Positions 24,735 to 39,421 of a stretch of DNA of 64,000 nt are shown piece by piece. Source of the DNA: Balamuthia mandrillaris (lineage: Eukaryota). Position numbers and translations under genes: made by a program. The stretch is taken from assembly GCA_031835245.2 (NCBI GenBank), contig JAVKOQ020000083.1:1-64000 (forward strand), written 5' to 3'. How positions within the stretch are numbered: the first letter of the stretch is position 1; every line of letters begins with the position of its first letter. The notes under the pieces are model-generated. The model did no database searches, was not told the origin of the DNA, and saw nothing but the letters and a program-made list of their open reading frames with translations.

Positions 24735-27700
24735 ATGCAAAGGATAGTAGGCCACGTGCTCAACGGCTACATGAGCTCCTTTGTGAAGGACTTCTCCTCC
24801 GAGAACTTTTCAAACTGGGAACTGAAAAACTTGGGTCGGTACCTCCTTTTTGTTACCTTTATTTTCACCGGTGCCCTGACCGCGAGCCCCTTCTTCTCTT
24901 TTGTGCTCATCTTTTTTTTTGTATTGCTTCTTTGATGCTTGATGTGGCCGCCATGCTGTCCAGAGTTCAAAGAAGAGGTCATACAACGGATCTTGAACGT
25001 GCCACCAAACCTCGAGGTGAAAAAAGTCAGCTGTTCCAGCCTGAGTGTTTCGGTACGTCGTCGTCGACTTTCCTTTGGAGATAAAACAAAGAAGAAAGGA
25101 AACTAGGAGTGGGAAATTTGTGATGATAAGGGAGATTACTGACGCTGGCAGTGGTTATTGTTGGGAATAGATTCCGTGGAGCAGCCTAAGGAGCAGCCCA
25201 GTAGTATTTTACCTGGGTACTGTGGACATTGTTTTACGGGAACCAGAACGCCTCCACTGCGCAGCTCCTTCTTCACAAGCAAGCTCAAACACTGCAGAAC
25301 AAGCCACTTCCACCTCGTCGGGGAGGGGCTTTGCCGCCAAGCTACTCGAAGGAGTGAAGTTACAAGTAAAGGAACTGCATTTCACGATACAGACTCTGGG
25401 ACCCAATAAGAGCGACACTGGAAGCAGCAATGCAACGCTTCCACCCGCCCTTCGCCTGGATGTACACAACATTGTGGTGCAATCCACCAACGCGAATTGG
25501 GAGGTACTTAGAGCCACTCCCTGCACTCACAAAACTTTCTTTTACATTCTGACTCATCTCTTGTCTTGAAGGTGGTTGACTTGACGGAGACCATACAAAT
25601 TAACGCAGAGAAAGAGGAATTGATTTTGTACAAAGAATTGAAGTTGGGCTCTGTGTCTTTGTCTCTACTGAAGGGAGGAGGCACCATACCCATCATTCAA
25701 GATACCCCCATAACCAGCCATGTACGTCTTCCACTTAGCCATTCTTCAAGTGATGTCAGAAGAAAGAGAATGAGAAACGGAGAAAGGATGCATAGCAAAC
25801 ACCTATTAAGCTTACTCACCCTCAAACAAACTACCACAACATAGGTCAAACAAAAGAAGCACGCCAAGACAGGCGAGCTCTTGTACTTTCAGGTGGATAT
25901 GAACGTGGACCAATTGCTACTGTCTCTTGATGTTGCTGAGTACCAAATGTGTAGAGCTATGCTAGAGGGCATTCTATCCTGTTTCTCCAGAAAACCGATG
26001 GAGCAGCCCAAGCCTAAGCCTTCACCAAGCCGCACGGCCTCAACCTCTCGCAGTCGGCGGGGATCCGTTAGGCTGCCAAACGACAATGACTACGAAAGCG
26101 ACGGCGAGGAGACGGAAGTTAATCTGGACATCTTCAGCGACAGTGGCAGCGACATAGATAGCGAAAAGGAAGTCCTAAGTGAATACGAGGAAGAGGAACA
26201 ACCCAAGGGGGAGTCACAACCCGCAGAAGAGGCCCCTTCTATGTGGTCTCGCTTTCGCAACATGTTGTATAGAGGGTACCAAGAAGAAACACCACCCGTG
26301 CAAGAGGACGAGAATTCCGAAGAGGAAGACGACTACAGCAGCGCCACTGACGACTACGAGGGGTTAGGAGTGGTAGAGACAGATTCTGTTGTTCACCTAT
26401 CCGACGCCAACAAGGCTCAAGAGACAACAACCTTAGAAGAACAAGACGTACCAGTGTCACTCCCTGAAGAAGAGACAAGCACGTCACATAAAACGGAGGC
26501 TGCTCTCACATCGACCCTACCTGTCGAGGAGCATGATGGCCTCCTTGAAGGTGATATTCAAGACCCCTTCGATGACGCGGAGTTATCTGGTTTTGACTCA
26601 AATCAAGTACGTGTTTCATGCACCTGTTGGGTTTGTTTATGTTGTTGACACGCACACACTCTCTGACCCTCTCCCTTTCTCTATCGTGCGCTGCATAACC
26701 GTACAGGACATAAACAAGATCACGTATAATCTGCTCGTTCAAGATGGTCGGATAGACTTCAAGGAAATAATTTTGGGTGAACCTACACCATTTGCCTCGG
26801 TCCAATTTAACAACTTTAAAGCGTCATTCATCCCAGATTCCGTAAGCGTTACCGTAGGCGAGCGTGGTACAAAACATGAGATCCACAGTACAGAAATTCA
26901 GCTTGAAGTAATGCGGTTTTCGCTTTTTGAGCTCATGGCCTCACGACTAAAAGATGCCGCCTACACAACCTTGCTAAGCTCCAAGATACCGCCTTCAATG
27001 AAAGGTATAGTTTTCACGCCACTGCTTTGGTTGTATTACTTACCTTTGGCAACTAGTTACATCGCCAGAGGCACTGCAACCAAATAGCAGCCAATTATCT
27101 GAAGAAGGCGGAGAAGAAGTCCCATACATGAAACTCCGTTATATACGCCACCAAGTGCCGAACAAGATTCGCAGTTCCTCCCCATACTATTCTACCAAAG
27201 AGTTGCATATCCTCTTCAACAATGTGAGGTGTGTCTATGACAGAGATCTTTGGAAGCGCTTGTTCCTGTTCTTCACTCAAACGCCAACGTCCGCGCTGCT
27301 CGACAAAGCTGTTAACGAAGGAATGGAAGCTGTTGTAGAAAGCATGCTCTATGATTACTTGCAGTTTAAATTAGAGGTTTGTTGTTTTTTGTTTTATAGC
27401 TGTTGTGTGCTCTGTTGTCTTCACCACCACTAGCTGCCTTGCACTTTTCTTACTCTTGCCTCCTAATGTGAGTGTAGGCTCTTGATTCATGCCTTATATT
27501 GCCTCCTTATGCGGGACATCCAGGACCGGCTCCCATAGCATCTCAGGTGCTGATATTGGACGCAACTCGCGTCCTAATTGCCAGTTGTGACCCATCTACA
27601 AAACGGCCAGTCATATTTGAGCAAGGCATTTTTCTTTCAACAGGTGAAGCTTCTTCCCCTTCAGACCAAGCAGACTTTACCTCAACCTACAGCACCGAAG

Positions 27701-30700
27701 ACGACCTCATTATGCGGTCACATAAGTTCCGGGTACTAAGATTCTTTACTTTTCTTTTTCTCCCGAACAAACGTGGTTAACATCATGTGTGGCTAGATGG
27801 TAATACGTCAACTTTGCTGCCGCTCATTACCAGATCCCCAAAGTCCTGCCTTGACTCTGCTGCAGCCAGTAGATACTCGTATGGTGGTGTTTTTTCACGA
27901 ATTTAGGGTAACCTCGTCACGCTTCCATTTTTCTCCCACTGCTTATTAGCATGCCGCTTTATTCTGACCATCGATGCAATTCTAGCGCTATACTCTTTTG
28001 AAACCTCAATTGGAGTTTTATTTAAAGCTTAGTGACGTAAACTTAGAAATCAACAAGAACCAGTATCCTTTATGTTTTCCACTTCCCACCATTCAACACC
28101 ATAGCACGTTATCTTTGACTCTTCTATAACAGATACATCTACTTTTTGCATGTGGTGGAGCACAGACTAGCTTGGTCCACCGCTTTGCTCGGTGGTGAAG
28201 ATGAAGAACAAGAACTCGAAAAATTACTGGAAAATGTAATGCAAGCATCAATGGCTGGTATTGCTCAGTTTAAAGCTGACCTATCTACGGTAGCAAGCCA
28301 ACCTCCCCCGAAGCAAAATGAAGCCCCTCCTATTTTGTACTCTCTCTCTCCCTCTCTCTCTCCCTCTCTCTCCCTCTCTCTCCTCTCTCCTCTTTGCAGC
28401 TGCAAGCTAACATACTAAATGGCAGATGGATGGCCATGCTCCAAGTAAGCAAAGGAGAGTTTGGTATAAACGTACCAACAGGTCGTCTTGCGGAACTTAC
28501 TTTTGATGGAATGGAGCTTGTCTATGAAAATCATGCTGCAAGAAACGTCGTGAAAGCCCAAATAACCCATTTCAAGGTACTTCTATTATGAACCGAAACC
28601 AGGATACAAAACATTTTTGACTAATTTACCATATTTATGACTAGGTTGTGTGTCCGCAACACGCGCACTCGCCCTTTTATGTCTTGTTTTCTCCGCTCGA
28701 CGCAGCAAAGCAACGACCAGAAGCTTCATCAAATTTGCTAGTGAGATGGGAAAAGAAGCATGATGAGCAGGATCTTGAGACCATCACTAGACTGGTGGGC
28801 AAGGTTCTGGATGAAGAAAGGAATAACGATAAGGCTACTATGAAAGCCAACAAAAAATTCTGGGTTTACCTCAACGATATGCAAGTTAGCCTTATTCTTA
28901 GCACGCTCACCAAGATCCAACTTTTCTTCATGGAAACAGTAGAAGACCAAACGGACAAGGAAGCACAAGCGGATTTTTCGGACTCAGTTCGTACGTTTGT
29001 ATCCGACCAAGTGAAGAACTTCCGTTCAGGTTTGTTTTTATTCGTTCACTTTTCGCTCTTCATTATTGTGACTTCTTCATGCCATCAGATTGGGATTTGC
29101 GGTTATTGAATTGTGAGGCTCTGGTAGTAGAGGCTCCTGACACTCCTGAATGCATGCCAATGGATATTCAAGAAATGAACTTTAGAGCAAGGGGCAAGTC
29201 TTCCGAGCAGAAAATCAGCGTTGTTGGCAACATATCGCTTCATTCGTTTATGTTTGATCACCAGTCTTCTGCGGAAGCGCCTTCTCAAGCTGATGCATCG
29301 CAAAACGCCACAGACGACTCAGAAAGAGACCTAGTACATGAGGTTCATCCTTCTGGCTTTGCTCCAAATTCATTCTCCAGGGAGCCTCTTTGCTCTCCCT
29401 TCGTGCTAAAGGTACATCATTGTTGCTTCTGTTTATATCCTCCTTTGAGACCCGCATTCAACGTAATCATCCTGCAGGTGGACTACCATCGAGTGCAGGC
29501 AGGGCAAGCGGATGCTTGGAACGACACCATCAGTGTGGGAATAGAACGCCTTGATGTTTCCATGATTAGGCCTCAGTTTGTGATGATACTCAATCTGTTA
29601 GACAATCAACTGGCAGATATCCACACCGTGGGCACACTCATCGTATGCTCTCTTCTTGATCTATGAGGACATTCGTATCTCCTTACTAACCCTGGTTGCG
29701 GTGGTTATTTTCATTCCTGGCAGAAAGAGCAAAAGGACGGAACTAAAAAGCTACATCAAGAACTAGTATCTAACGCAGCAGCAGCTGTTGCAGACCCTCC
29801 AGTCGCTACTACCTACCGCTTCAGCATTACCGTTGGAAAGCTTAACTGGGTATTAAAGGAGGTTGTTAGCATCCGTTTTTGACTTGTTATTTTCGGTAGA
29901 TGTTTTTTTTTTGCTGATTTTTCCTTTTTAAAACGGTTTGTCTGTTGCAGGTTAAATACGACAGGGACAGCCCAGTTGAGTTTGCTTTGATAGATTTCTC
30001 TCAACTGAGATACAAGTATGAAAGTTCCGGCCCATTATCCACCACCAGTGTTAGCGTACATGCGCTCCGTATAACAGACCTACGTCCCTCGGAGGATGCG
30101 GCCTTGGCTTCAGCCTCACTATTCAGGTAAAACCTAATGTTAAATTTTAGCGTGGTAGTTCTTCTGACATATTGCTGCAGGACCATCATACGCCCTCACT
30201 ACATGGATGCTACAGACAAAAGTTCCTCGAGGGCACAGCCCACAGGCCTCCTTTGGGGCGACGATGAGACAGGTATAGTTGGACTTAATCATGTAGCTGA
30301 ATAGTTTAGGTGCTAACCAATAAATCTCTGTCCAATCAACTAGCTGTAGAACAAGAGGAAGACGCACCTGATATGATTCATTTCTCGTTTGATAGATTTA
30401 ATGCCCGAGATGGGTCCACAGAGCAGGCTGCATGGCGTGTGCGGTGGCTGGCCGAGTTACAATCAGTACTGATTGTTTATGTGCCAGAGGTATGTTGTCC
30501 ACTTTTGTTGTTGCGTCGATGTGACATTCCACAATAACACCGTATTAACATTTGTTTTTCACGAAAACAGCTGATTCCGAGCTTCACCGAGTTTTTCACA
30601 CTGTTAGAACACCAGAAGAATATACGGCGGTCTTATCAGCAAATGCAGAAACAGCTGCAGGATCTCATTCAAGAAAATGTCAGCGTCTTAGATGCAGATG

Positions 30701-31245
30701 CTGGTGTTGACGACGACACTAATGAAGGTAGCCATGTTGATTATGCTACAAGCGAACCTAAACACAAACGCCCACGTAGCCATTCTGCTTGGGGGCGCTT
30801 TTTGGAGGAAGCGCAGCAAAGGACCAACGAATCGTCCCCTTCCACAGAGGTACCCCTTTGTTTCTGTTGTGCTGTAGCTCACAGTTTTAATTTTTTAATT
30901 TGGCAAAACATTAACATGCCTTCAACAGGAGAAACAAATGGAGGGCGAGGAAGAAAAAAAGAGCAACATGTTGGGTGTATTGTTCAAGTTGGTTTTTCGT
31001 AACTCAGCCATTCTTTTGCCCGAAATGTTGACGGAGAGCATAACCTCTCTTCTGGATATTGGAGCAGACACCCTCTTCATGAGTAACGACAACCAGTCCA
31101 TTTATCACCACAACTTTCGCCGCACTGATTGTGCAATCTCTGGCTGCCGTGTGTTTCTGCGAACGTTGGATACTGGACTTTGTAGAGTGGTGCAGACGGT
31201 GCCCATCATGCATCCTGTTTCCTTACAGGTATTTCCTCCTTTATC

Positions 31246-31277
<32 letters not shown>

Positions 31278-34200
31278 TTCTCGCTCCTCTTCTCTCTCTC
31301 TCTCTCTCTCGCGCTCTCTCTCTCGCTCTCTCTCTCTCTCGCGCTCTCTCTCTCGCTCTCGCTCTCTTTCTCTCTCTTGTTGTGCGTCTGTCTCACTTGT
31401 GTACCGGCAGATCATCATTCAAACGAAGAAAATAGAGGCAATTAACAGATCGTACACACATGTTAAGTGCAATGTGGATTCAATTAAGGCATTTATGTCC
31501 ATAAGTAAGTACAGGACAACATGGAACATTCTCTACCAAAGCCTTGTAGGACTCCTGCAGTCATCTTTTAGTACAGAGAAAAGCGGAGAAAAAGGAGCCC
31601 ACGCAAACGAAAATGTAGGAGGGGCTGTTGAGAGCAGTACAGACACAAAGGCCACTACACCAGCGCCGGACATGGAGGACATGGTAGACTCGGAAGACGA
31701 ACAGGAAACCATCCCCTCCGGATGGGTATCTCACGACGAGAATGCCAGTTTTAGTGATTCGCTTTCAGACGACGCCTCTTATACTGAAATGCTGCCAAGA
31801 GACAGTGGTGCGGGAGCCTTGGCACGCGAGCCTGTCAATGATCACCAAGCCGCTGCTTTGGCCTCAACTGCCACGAACAACAAAATGGGTGGACGGGTGC
31901 TTACCCTGGAGCTCAGCCTCCAGCACCTTGATATGGCTATAGTTAGCGATTATGTGGCTGAACTTGAGCTTTTTATTGTATACTTGAAGGCACGTTTGTT
32001 ACCGTCGTGTTATATTTTATCGTTCTTACCTCTGAGTTTGGCTTGTTGCGCTTGTTATCCACCCCGTGCAGAACTTGGAAGCTCAATTGACGATTGCCGG
32101 CGAGGTCATAGACTTTAATCTTAACTTGCGATTCGAGACGCTAGTGAATAACCTTGCTTTTCGGACTCCGGAGCCTTTCATAGAGCCCACTCATCTCAGT
32201 ATCTCTCTTACCCGGTGCGTAACGTTCTCACATATAATGATTTTTTCCCCTTTGGTACTGATCTACCGATAATATTATGGTATGTTGGATCGTCGTCAAC
32301 AGGGGACTACCAAGTATATTCTCCGACGAGGAAGAAGTGGATGGTGGCCGCAATTCGTCTTTTGAAATCACAGCTCTCTCTCTTGATCCCCTGCGGGTAC
32401 GCATCACCAAAGAACTGGTTCGGCACATAATGGAAATTTATCAACTGTTCCAAGAGTCCGAACAAGAAAACGAGCTGATGATGGTCGAGAAGAAGAAACG
32501 GAAAAAAACTCCTAAAAAGCGAATCAAAGAGGATGACTCTGCAAAACAACAGGAGCAGGATACAACCGTTGTGAAGCGCAGCGACATGCACTCGCACTTT
32601 CAATACATTATTCGCAATAGGACAGAAACCGCTCTACAGTATTCTCAAGTCAGCACATCCGACACCAAGATCCTAGAGAGCGGAAAAGAGGCTTCTTATA
32701 GCTTCAGCAATCCCTACCAGCCAAAGTTATTGGAGGTGATGATGTTGGACGGGTGGACAAAAACCCCAGGCTTCACTCTTGACGTCCCAGGCACCACCAC
32801 CTATACCATTTACTATATTCCTCAAAGCCTTACTCCCCTCACGTCCCACGCCCCTGCTGCCGTTCCAGCTACTCTGCACAGCGAGCCCTCTCTCTTATCT
32901 ACTACCCATAACCATCACCCCCATAGCCAACCTTATCCATCTGCTGAGCAGATGTCCTCCTCGCCAGGCCGCCGCAGAAAGAACCTCAAAAGCAGCTCCA
33001 GAACTGTTCTTGTCCTGAAGTCTACCATGGATTCCTCTTTGTCAGAGTTGCCTTCGGTCATTGGGGATGATTATGGTCGGCGCTCAACCATAACGGGAAC
33101 AGGAGCAACCCCCACCGTGGGAAGTGTGGTTGGAGGAATGCATGTGGAAAGCAAGTTCAAGCGTGCAACTCCCTCCCAGCGTTCTATTGGTGGTGCCCTG
33201 TTAAAGCTAGGCCGCAAGTTTGGGGAGAACTTAAAGGGTTTCGGCTTTGGAGAAAGTGGCAAAACCAGGCTGTCTAGGACGCTCACTGTGCGCGTGCGAT
33301 CGGTGGGAATGAAGCGGCTTGTGGATTTTCTTCCCTCTTACTTTATTCACAACCACACAGATGAAAACCTGCAAGTCATGCTTCGCTTTATTACTCCCGA
33401 CAACGGAGCAAAATCAACGAAGAAACTACGAGGCACTGTGGAAATAGGCAAGGAAAGAAAGCGTGCTTCACGTATTGTCACTGAGGACGAGCTAGAGGAC
33501 GAGGAGGATGCCGGAGGACCTAAGGCAGACGAGGGAAGCTTGCTCTACCAGTGCCCCCCACAGAAACGTACTCCTATCTGCTATGACAAAACTTGGAATA
33601 TGGAAATACTAGTCCGACCAAATCCTAGCTGGAGTTGGTCGGAGCCATTCTCACTAGATAGCAAGGTCCCCCCCCCCTCCCCAAATCCCTCCCTGTCAAG
33701 TTGAGAACTCATGTTTCTGTTTGTATTCCTACAGAGAAGGAGTTCGATCCAACGGATTCTTATTCCTAGCACTCATCTTTTCCCAGAGCGTTATGTGTAC
33801 ATGTCCTTTGAGGAAAGCCGTACTTCACCAGCGAGTTCTATAACCTTTTCGCCCCCTATCATCATTGAGAATCTGAGCATCTTCCCCTTGCAATACACAT
33901 TCCCAATGCTGGGAGTAGGTGGTATTGTGACGGCAAACTCTAGCAAGTCCTTCTACTTCAATCATGAAGACTATCCAGCGATAAAATTCCGAATGCTGGA
34001 CTATGATGTGTGGAGTAAGGAAATCAGCCTTCAAAAGATAGCCAACAAGACAGTTCAGATTTCCAAGGACACATTCGTCGCTGACCCTCTGTTTGCTTCT
34101 GGCAAGCTCAACCCTTCTCTTTGGTCGCAGAGCACGGAAAAGTCGTTTGTACACTTAAACGTGTTTAACAAGCCCCGCCTCGCCAACAAACTGGCTCGCA

Positions 34201-37200
34201 CCCTCTACGTCAATACCCAGTTTCTAGTCGTCAACACCACTTCCTTCATCCTTTTCGTTCGTCAGAGGGGACGCAGCGAAATGATAACGCTTGGACCAAA
34301 GGACAAATTCCCCTTCAGCTGGCACAACACTGGGGCTCGTCAGATTCAAGTTCGTGTAGCTAATGGCGGCTGGAGTAAGGGACTTAACATTTATTTGCCT
34401 GCTGGTACTTTTTCCTTTCCCATTCATATTATTGAGCTTTTTTATGGTTGTCATCTCCGTCATCTTAACCATCTATGTTACACAAAAACCAATTGTTTGA
34501 TAATCTACAGTAACACAACTTACCGTTAACATGGAGGACATTGACCTCAAATACGAATTGTTGATGGAAGTGAAGGCGTTGGATATGTTCAGTCGTGTCA
34601 TAACCTTTTCCACACGCTTGCATCTCGCCAATCAAACCAACTATGACCTGGTGGTTCGCGCTGGCGGTGTCAACTTCCTCAAAACGGTGGTGCCGAAGCA
34701 AGACAAAGTAGACTACGCCCTCAGCGCCAATTATCTCTTCTTGGGCCATTGCCCTAAATGGAGTTCTACTAGAAAAAAGCTTAGCCGTAAGAATCTTCCT
34801 TCTGCGGGAAGCCGAGACCCTACCCTTCAAGAACTTGGTCGTGATGATGGCGACGATACCGGGTGGAGTTTGGAGCCCTTCTCCATCTCCGAAGAGCAAA
34901 CCTTAACCCTCCAAATTCGGAATCTAACCGTTGGCGTCACTCACCCTGCTGCTCGTGGTATCTCCCTTTGTTTCTGTTCCTTGATTTCTATCTTGTTGCG
35001 TATTACCCTAATCGATGGTTGAATATAGGTTATAGATGGGGAGATGGAATAGATGGAGAAGATGAGTTTGACCCTGACTTGGAAGCAACAGGCCTCCGCA
35101 AAGGAATAGACTACATCGCGATTGATGTTACAATCAAAGTAGAGGACACGGGAACATTCATCTACTTTAGTGAAAACATCCACCCACCTTATATACTCCA
35201 AAACTTAACCCCCTACTGGCTGAAGTTGACTCAGAGCACTGCTAAATCAACAGTAGTCGAGTCGGAGGATAAGCAACCGCTGAAAAAAAAGTTATTCCCG
35301 GTCAGAAGGAGGCCTTCAGCTGAGCAAGTGCCGAAAATAGATCAAACGGAGGAAGAGACTACCATCGTAACAACACTAGCTCCCTATTCATCCGTACCAT
35401 ACTACTGGCACAACGCCATCGAAGGGCTAAAGCTGTTGTCTCTTCGTATTATATCCGAACGCAAAGAAACTGCCAAATCACATTCGTTGGATTCCAACCA
35501 AGTTACTACAACACTGCCACCATCAGCAACGAGACAAACCCCTCCCACACTCTCCTCTTCAATGCCAGACAAAACTCATCCTATCTCTACCACAAAAAAA
35601 GTGGCGGCATCACCACTTGCAATCAGCAATACTCCTTCCGATCTACCATTTCCTGGCATCCCCCTTCACGTCTTGGAAGAGGGCAAAGGTGCCAAGATCA
35701 TAGCTGGAGACGGGACCCGCACTATTCGCGCAGATAGCAACAACGTACCCACCATTCTATCTAGCTACTTCAAGGAAAAGGAAAAAGGGGCGGACCCATT
35801 TGACGTGCTGGCCACTTCTCGCTCTGCTGCAGCCGAAGGAAACTCTTTCCCAGCTTCCCCTCGCGATAGACAGGCAAGCACAACTGCAGGACAAGGCCAT
35901 GACACTCCTAATTCACCGCGGTTCTCCCCCACAATGAAAGTCCGGCGCACTGGTTGGAGCAAACCCTTCTCTATCGACCAGATCGGAGAGGATTTTGAAG
36001 TCAAATTTTTGGAAGAAGATATTGACCTCGATAACGTTAGTCTTCTCGTTGCTTCACCCTCCGTGTTTGTGTTGTTGTCTTATGTTGTTGTCTTATGTTG
36101 TTGTTGTTTTTGGTTCTCACATAATTTATTTTCCTTGATGCAGTACATGCTATGCTTGGATACACAGGTAAGAGGCAGAGGAAGTACCAAGGTTGTGTCT
36201 TTCTTGCGTCCGTTAGTTTCCAGAGATCGCTCCTCGCTATTGTACAAGGGCACCAACTTAGTTGACATGAGGAGACAGCATCCAAAGCAACCCACTGAAG
36301 CAGCTACTAATGCTTTAAAAATACGATTGAGGATCCCCACCATTGGTAAGCTTGTGCTCTCTCTTGCTAATGTTTGTTTTATTTACCTGTCATAATTGTT
36401 TTTGTTATTTGATTTTATGCTGACGAATGTGTTGTTTGTGCCATACTCTGTTTCCTGAATGGCAGACATAAAGATCGCCAACGAAGCTGGAGACGAGATA
36501 CTGCGCACTACCGCCAAAGAGCTGAACGCAGACATATTCAAAGGAGCGTGGAAGGAGTACATCTACATATTCCTCAAAACCTTACAAATGGATAACATGG
36601 TACCTTCGGCGGAGTACCCCGTCTTTCTTGCTCCGGACACACGCAAGCTCTATGGATACGAGGCCAACATTTTGGAGTTGTTGATAGAGAGCTCTATCCT
36701 GCGTGAATCTGCCTCTTCCTTCTCTCCTTCGGCGTCATCATCGGATCAGGCCCGCAAAGTGGTGCTTCCCTACACTCACAGTTATGGAAGTATGAGTAGT
36801 GGTAGTCTTAGAGGTGACAAGAGTAGCAGTCGCAATCTTCTACTACAGCCGATGACGGGAAGTGAAGCACGAGAGCCATCATTATCCTTCTCATCAACCT
36901 TGGAGGATGAGAAGGAGCGGCGACGGAGGGAGAAAGGCAAGGACAAAGTTGACGACGAGCGAACTGGTGGCTCACAAACAGGTCTTCAACAATTAAGACA
37001 GCAACAGGTATCCGTCTCTTCCTCCTCTTTCTTCTCCTCTGGCTATCAAGCAGTGGATAAGGAAAAGGAAAAAGAGAAGGAGAAGGAAAAGAAACAAGAG
37101 GAGGAAGAAGAAGGCTCACTTGCCCCATTCAAGTCAATCGATTACATCGGGCTGCGCATATTGCCTTTGATCCTTAAGGCGGACGGCGAGTTGCTCAAGA

Positions 37201-39317
37201 AAGCTGTCGAATTATACACCTACTTTAAAGGGGACTCATCATCTAGCCTTCAACCCTTCGCATCCTCATCAGCCACGTCTGCTCTGGGCGGTGGTAGTAG
37301 CAGTGGCGTCACTGGTATCACTTCAATGGGACCAGTAGGCCCCGCTGCTGCTGCTGCCTCTATATTCCGAACAAAGAAGAGGCATTTTTCGAGGCGTCAA
37401 ACCAACCCCTTTGTTCATACCAAGCACAAAGCCTCTAGGGCTGCAAGACGGATGCAACGAAGAGAGCTGGAAAAGTTGGAGAACTCATTGGAGATGGAGG
37501 ATATGCCTCCCTCCTCTCTCTTAGATGACAGCGGACAACTGTTGGCAGACGACCTTCGTGATGATGACAGTTGCAGAAATAGTAATGACGACAGCGACAC
37601 TGACAGCAACCGTGCCAGCGACGATGACAGTGACTCCGACAGCGACTTTTATGATATGGAAGACGAGGACGATGAAACTCGAGAAATGCGGCTCCGGATG
37701 AAAGCCTACTCCTCTGTCACGTCCCATATCAGGTTTGCACATGTCTCCTGAACAACCCTATACTTAAGCGCATATTTACCCGAGACATTACTAACATTCA
37801 CCTTCGCATTCATCTTCCTCCCCAATTGCAGCATGCCAGAACTTAACGTACAGAAAGAGGTGTTGTCCAAATGGTATGTCGAACGGCTGGAGATTTTCCC
37901 CTTGGAGATAACGTTCTGTGTTGGCGACAACGAACTGTCCTTGCCAGTGATCCAAGACGAGACTCCATTGCACCTCCTTCCTTTAGAAAAGCACGACCTG
38001 TACGAATCCAGCGAGGAGCTTCAAGCCATTATCCTCAAGTACTACCTTCGCATCGGCCGTTCCGAGTTCTACAAGATCATTGGTAGTTTGGATGCCATTG
38101 GTTCTCCTCTGGCAGCCTTCGCAAAGGTGTCTCGTGGCTTCAGGGATGCTTTCGTGCTGCCCTGGACCAGCCTTGTTCTGGATGACACGCCTGGTGCATT
38201 CATATTTGGTCTTTATAGTGGCCTCAGCAGCCTATTTTATAACGTGGGCGATGCAAGCGTTACAACCTTCCTCAGGATCTTCAACTTGATGTCTTGGATA
38301 TGTCTTCAGCTTACCTTTGATAGCAATTACAAACTTATCAAGAGAAAAGTACGGCGGAATCATCCTTCGAATGTCTGGCACGGTTTTTGGCAAGGTGCTA
38401 CTGAGCTAGGGCGAGGTTTATTTACTGGAATAACTGGTAATAACTTCTCTCTCTCTCTCTCTCTGTTCCGAATGCTTAACTCTAGTATGTTATCGCATAA
38501 AAGGCGTTTTGACAGAGACGTTTAATGGAGCAAGAGAAGGAGGAATCCTTGGGGCGATAAAGGGCTTCGGCATTGGATTTGTTGGCATACCGCTAAAACC
38601 GCTCGGAGGGCTTTTTGATTTCTTCAGCAAAACTTTAGAGGGATTGCTGCACAGCATGGGCAGCACCAGCTATACCATTCAGCACAGGCTCCATGAACCC
38701 ATTCCTGCTCATGTACGCTGTTTGTTTGCTTTATGTTTTACCCAACTTGGACTAATGCTATTTCCTTTGTTTCTTCTTGCTCTCGTCTCTTTTCTCGCTC
38801 AATCTTATAGAAAATGGAAGAGCTGACGGGGCTAGAAATAGCTGCACTAAAGCAATGGCTAGACACCATTGGGGAGCGATATGGCGGGCATTGCTTCGTC
38901 AAAATCCGCACACGGCGTGGCCGGTTGCGCTACAGACTGTTAGTGCTCACATCTGTCTCTTTCCACATAATCAACGTGGACAGCCTTGGTCCTGCTACTG
39001 AATCAGAACCGGGAGCGCCCAGCTCCTCCACATCTCTATCCTCTGCTGCGAGAGCCAAGAGATACCTGCCAAAGAGTGTTCCATTGATCTCCATCAGCGA
39101 GTTCCTGGTGCCAGACTTTCCGGAGACCAACTTTACGGTATGTGTGTCACGGGTAGTGCATGGACGAGATAAATTCCACTTTGTAGCGGGAGACAGGGAC
39201 GCCATCATTGAACGCTTCCGCAGGCTTCTTCTGGACAACCTTGGCAAGAGCGTTAAAGTGCGAGGCACCACTGCCACCGCTGCTGACGACGACGGCCTTG
39301 ACAATTCTCAAATGTGA
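24735..39317 (+). CDS. VPS13: VPS13-family bridge-like lipid transfer protein, many exons
   Basis: Chorein-N-like start (VGHVLNGYMSSFVKDF...IPWSSLRSSPVVFYL). VAB/SHR-BD-like repeats (YIIRNRTETALQYSQ, PPIIIENL, PPYILQNLT, GWSKPFSID). ATG2_C-like region IIGSLDAIGSPLAAF...GAIKGFGIGFVGIPLKPLGGLFD. C-terminal PH-like segment. Confidence 0.9.
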
Positions 39318-39421
39318 TGACGTGCCTCGTGTATATGTATAACTTCATGTGCTATTTATTTTATGCTTAAGAAAGGTTGGAAAAAGTTCCTCCACCACCA
39401 CATCATAGTTATTGCTACACC

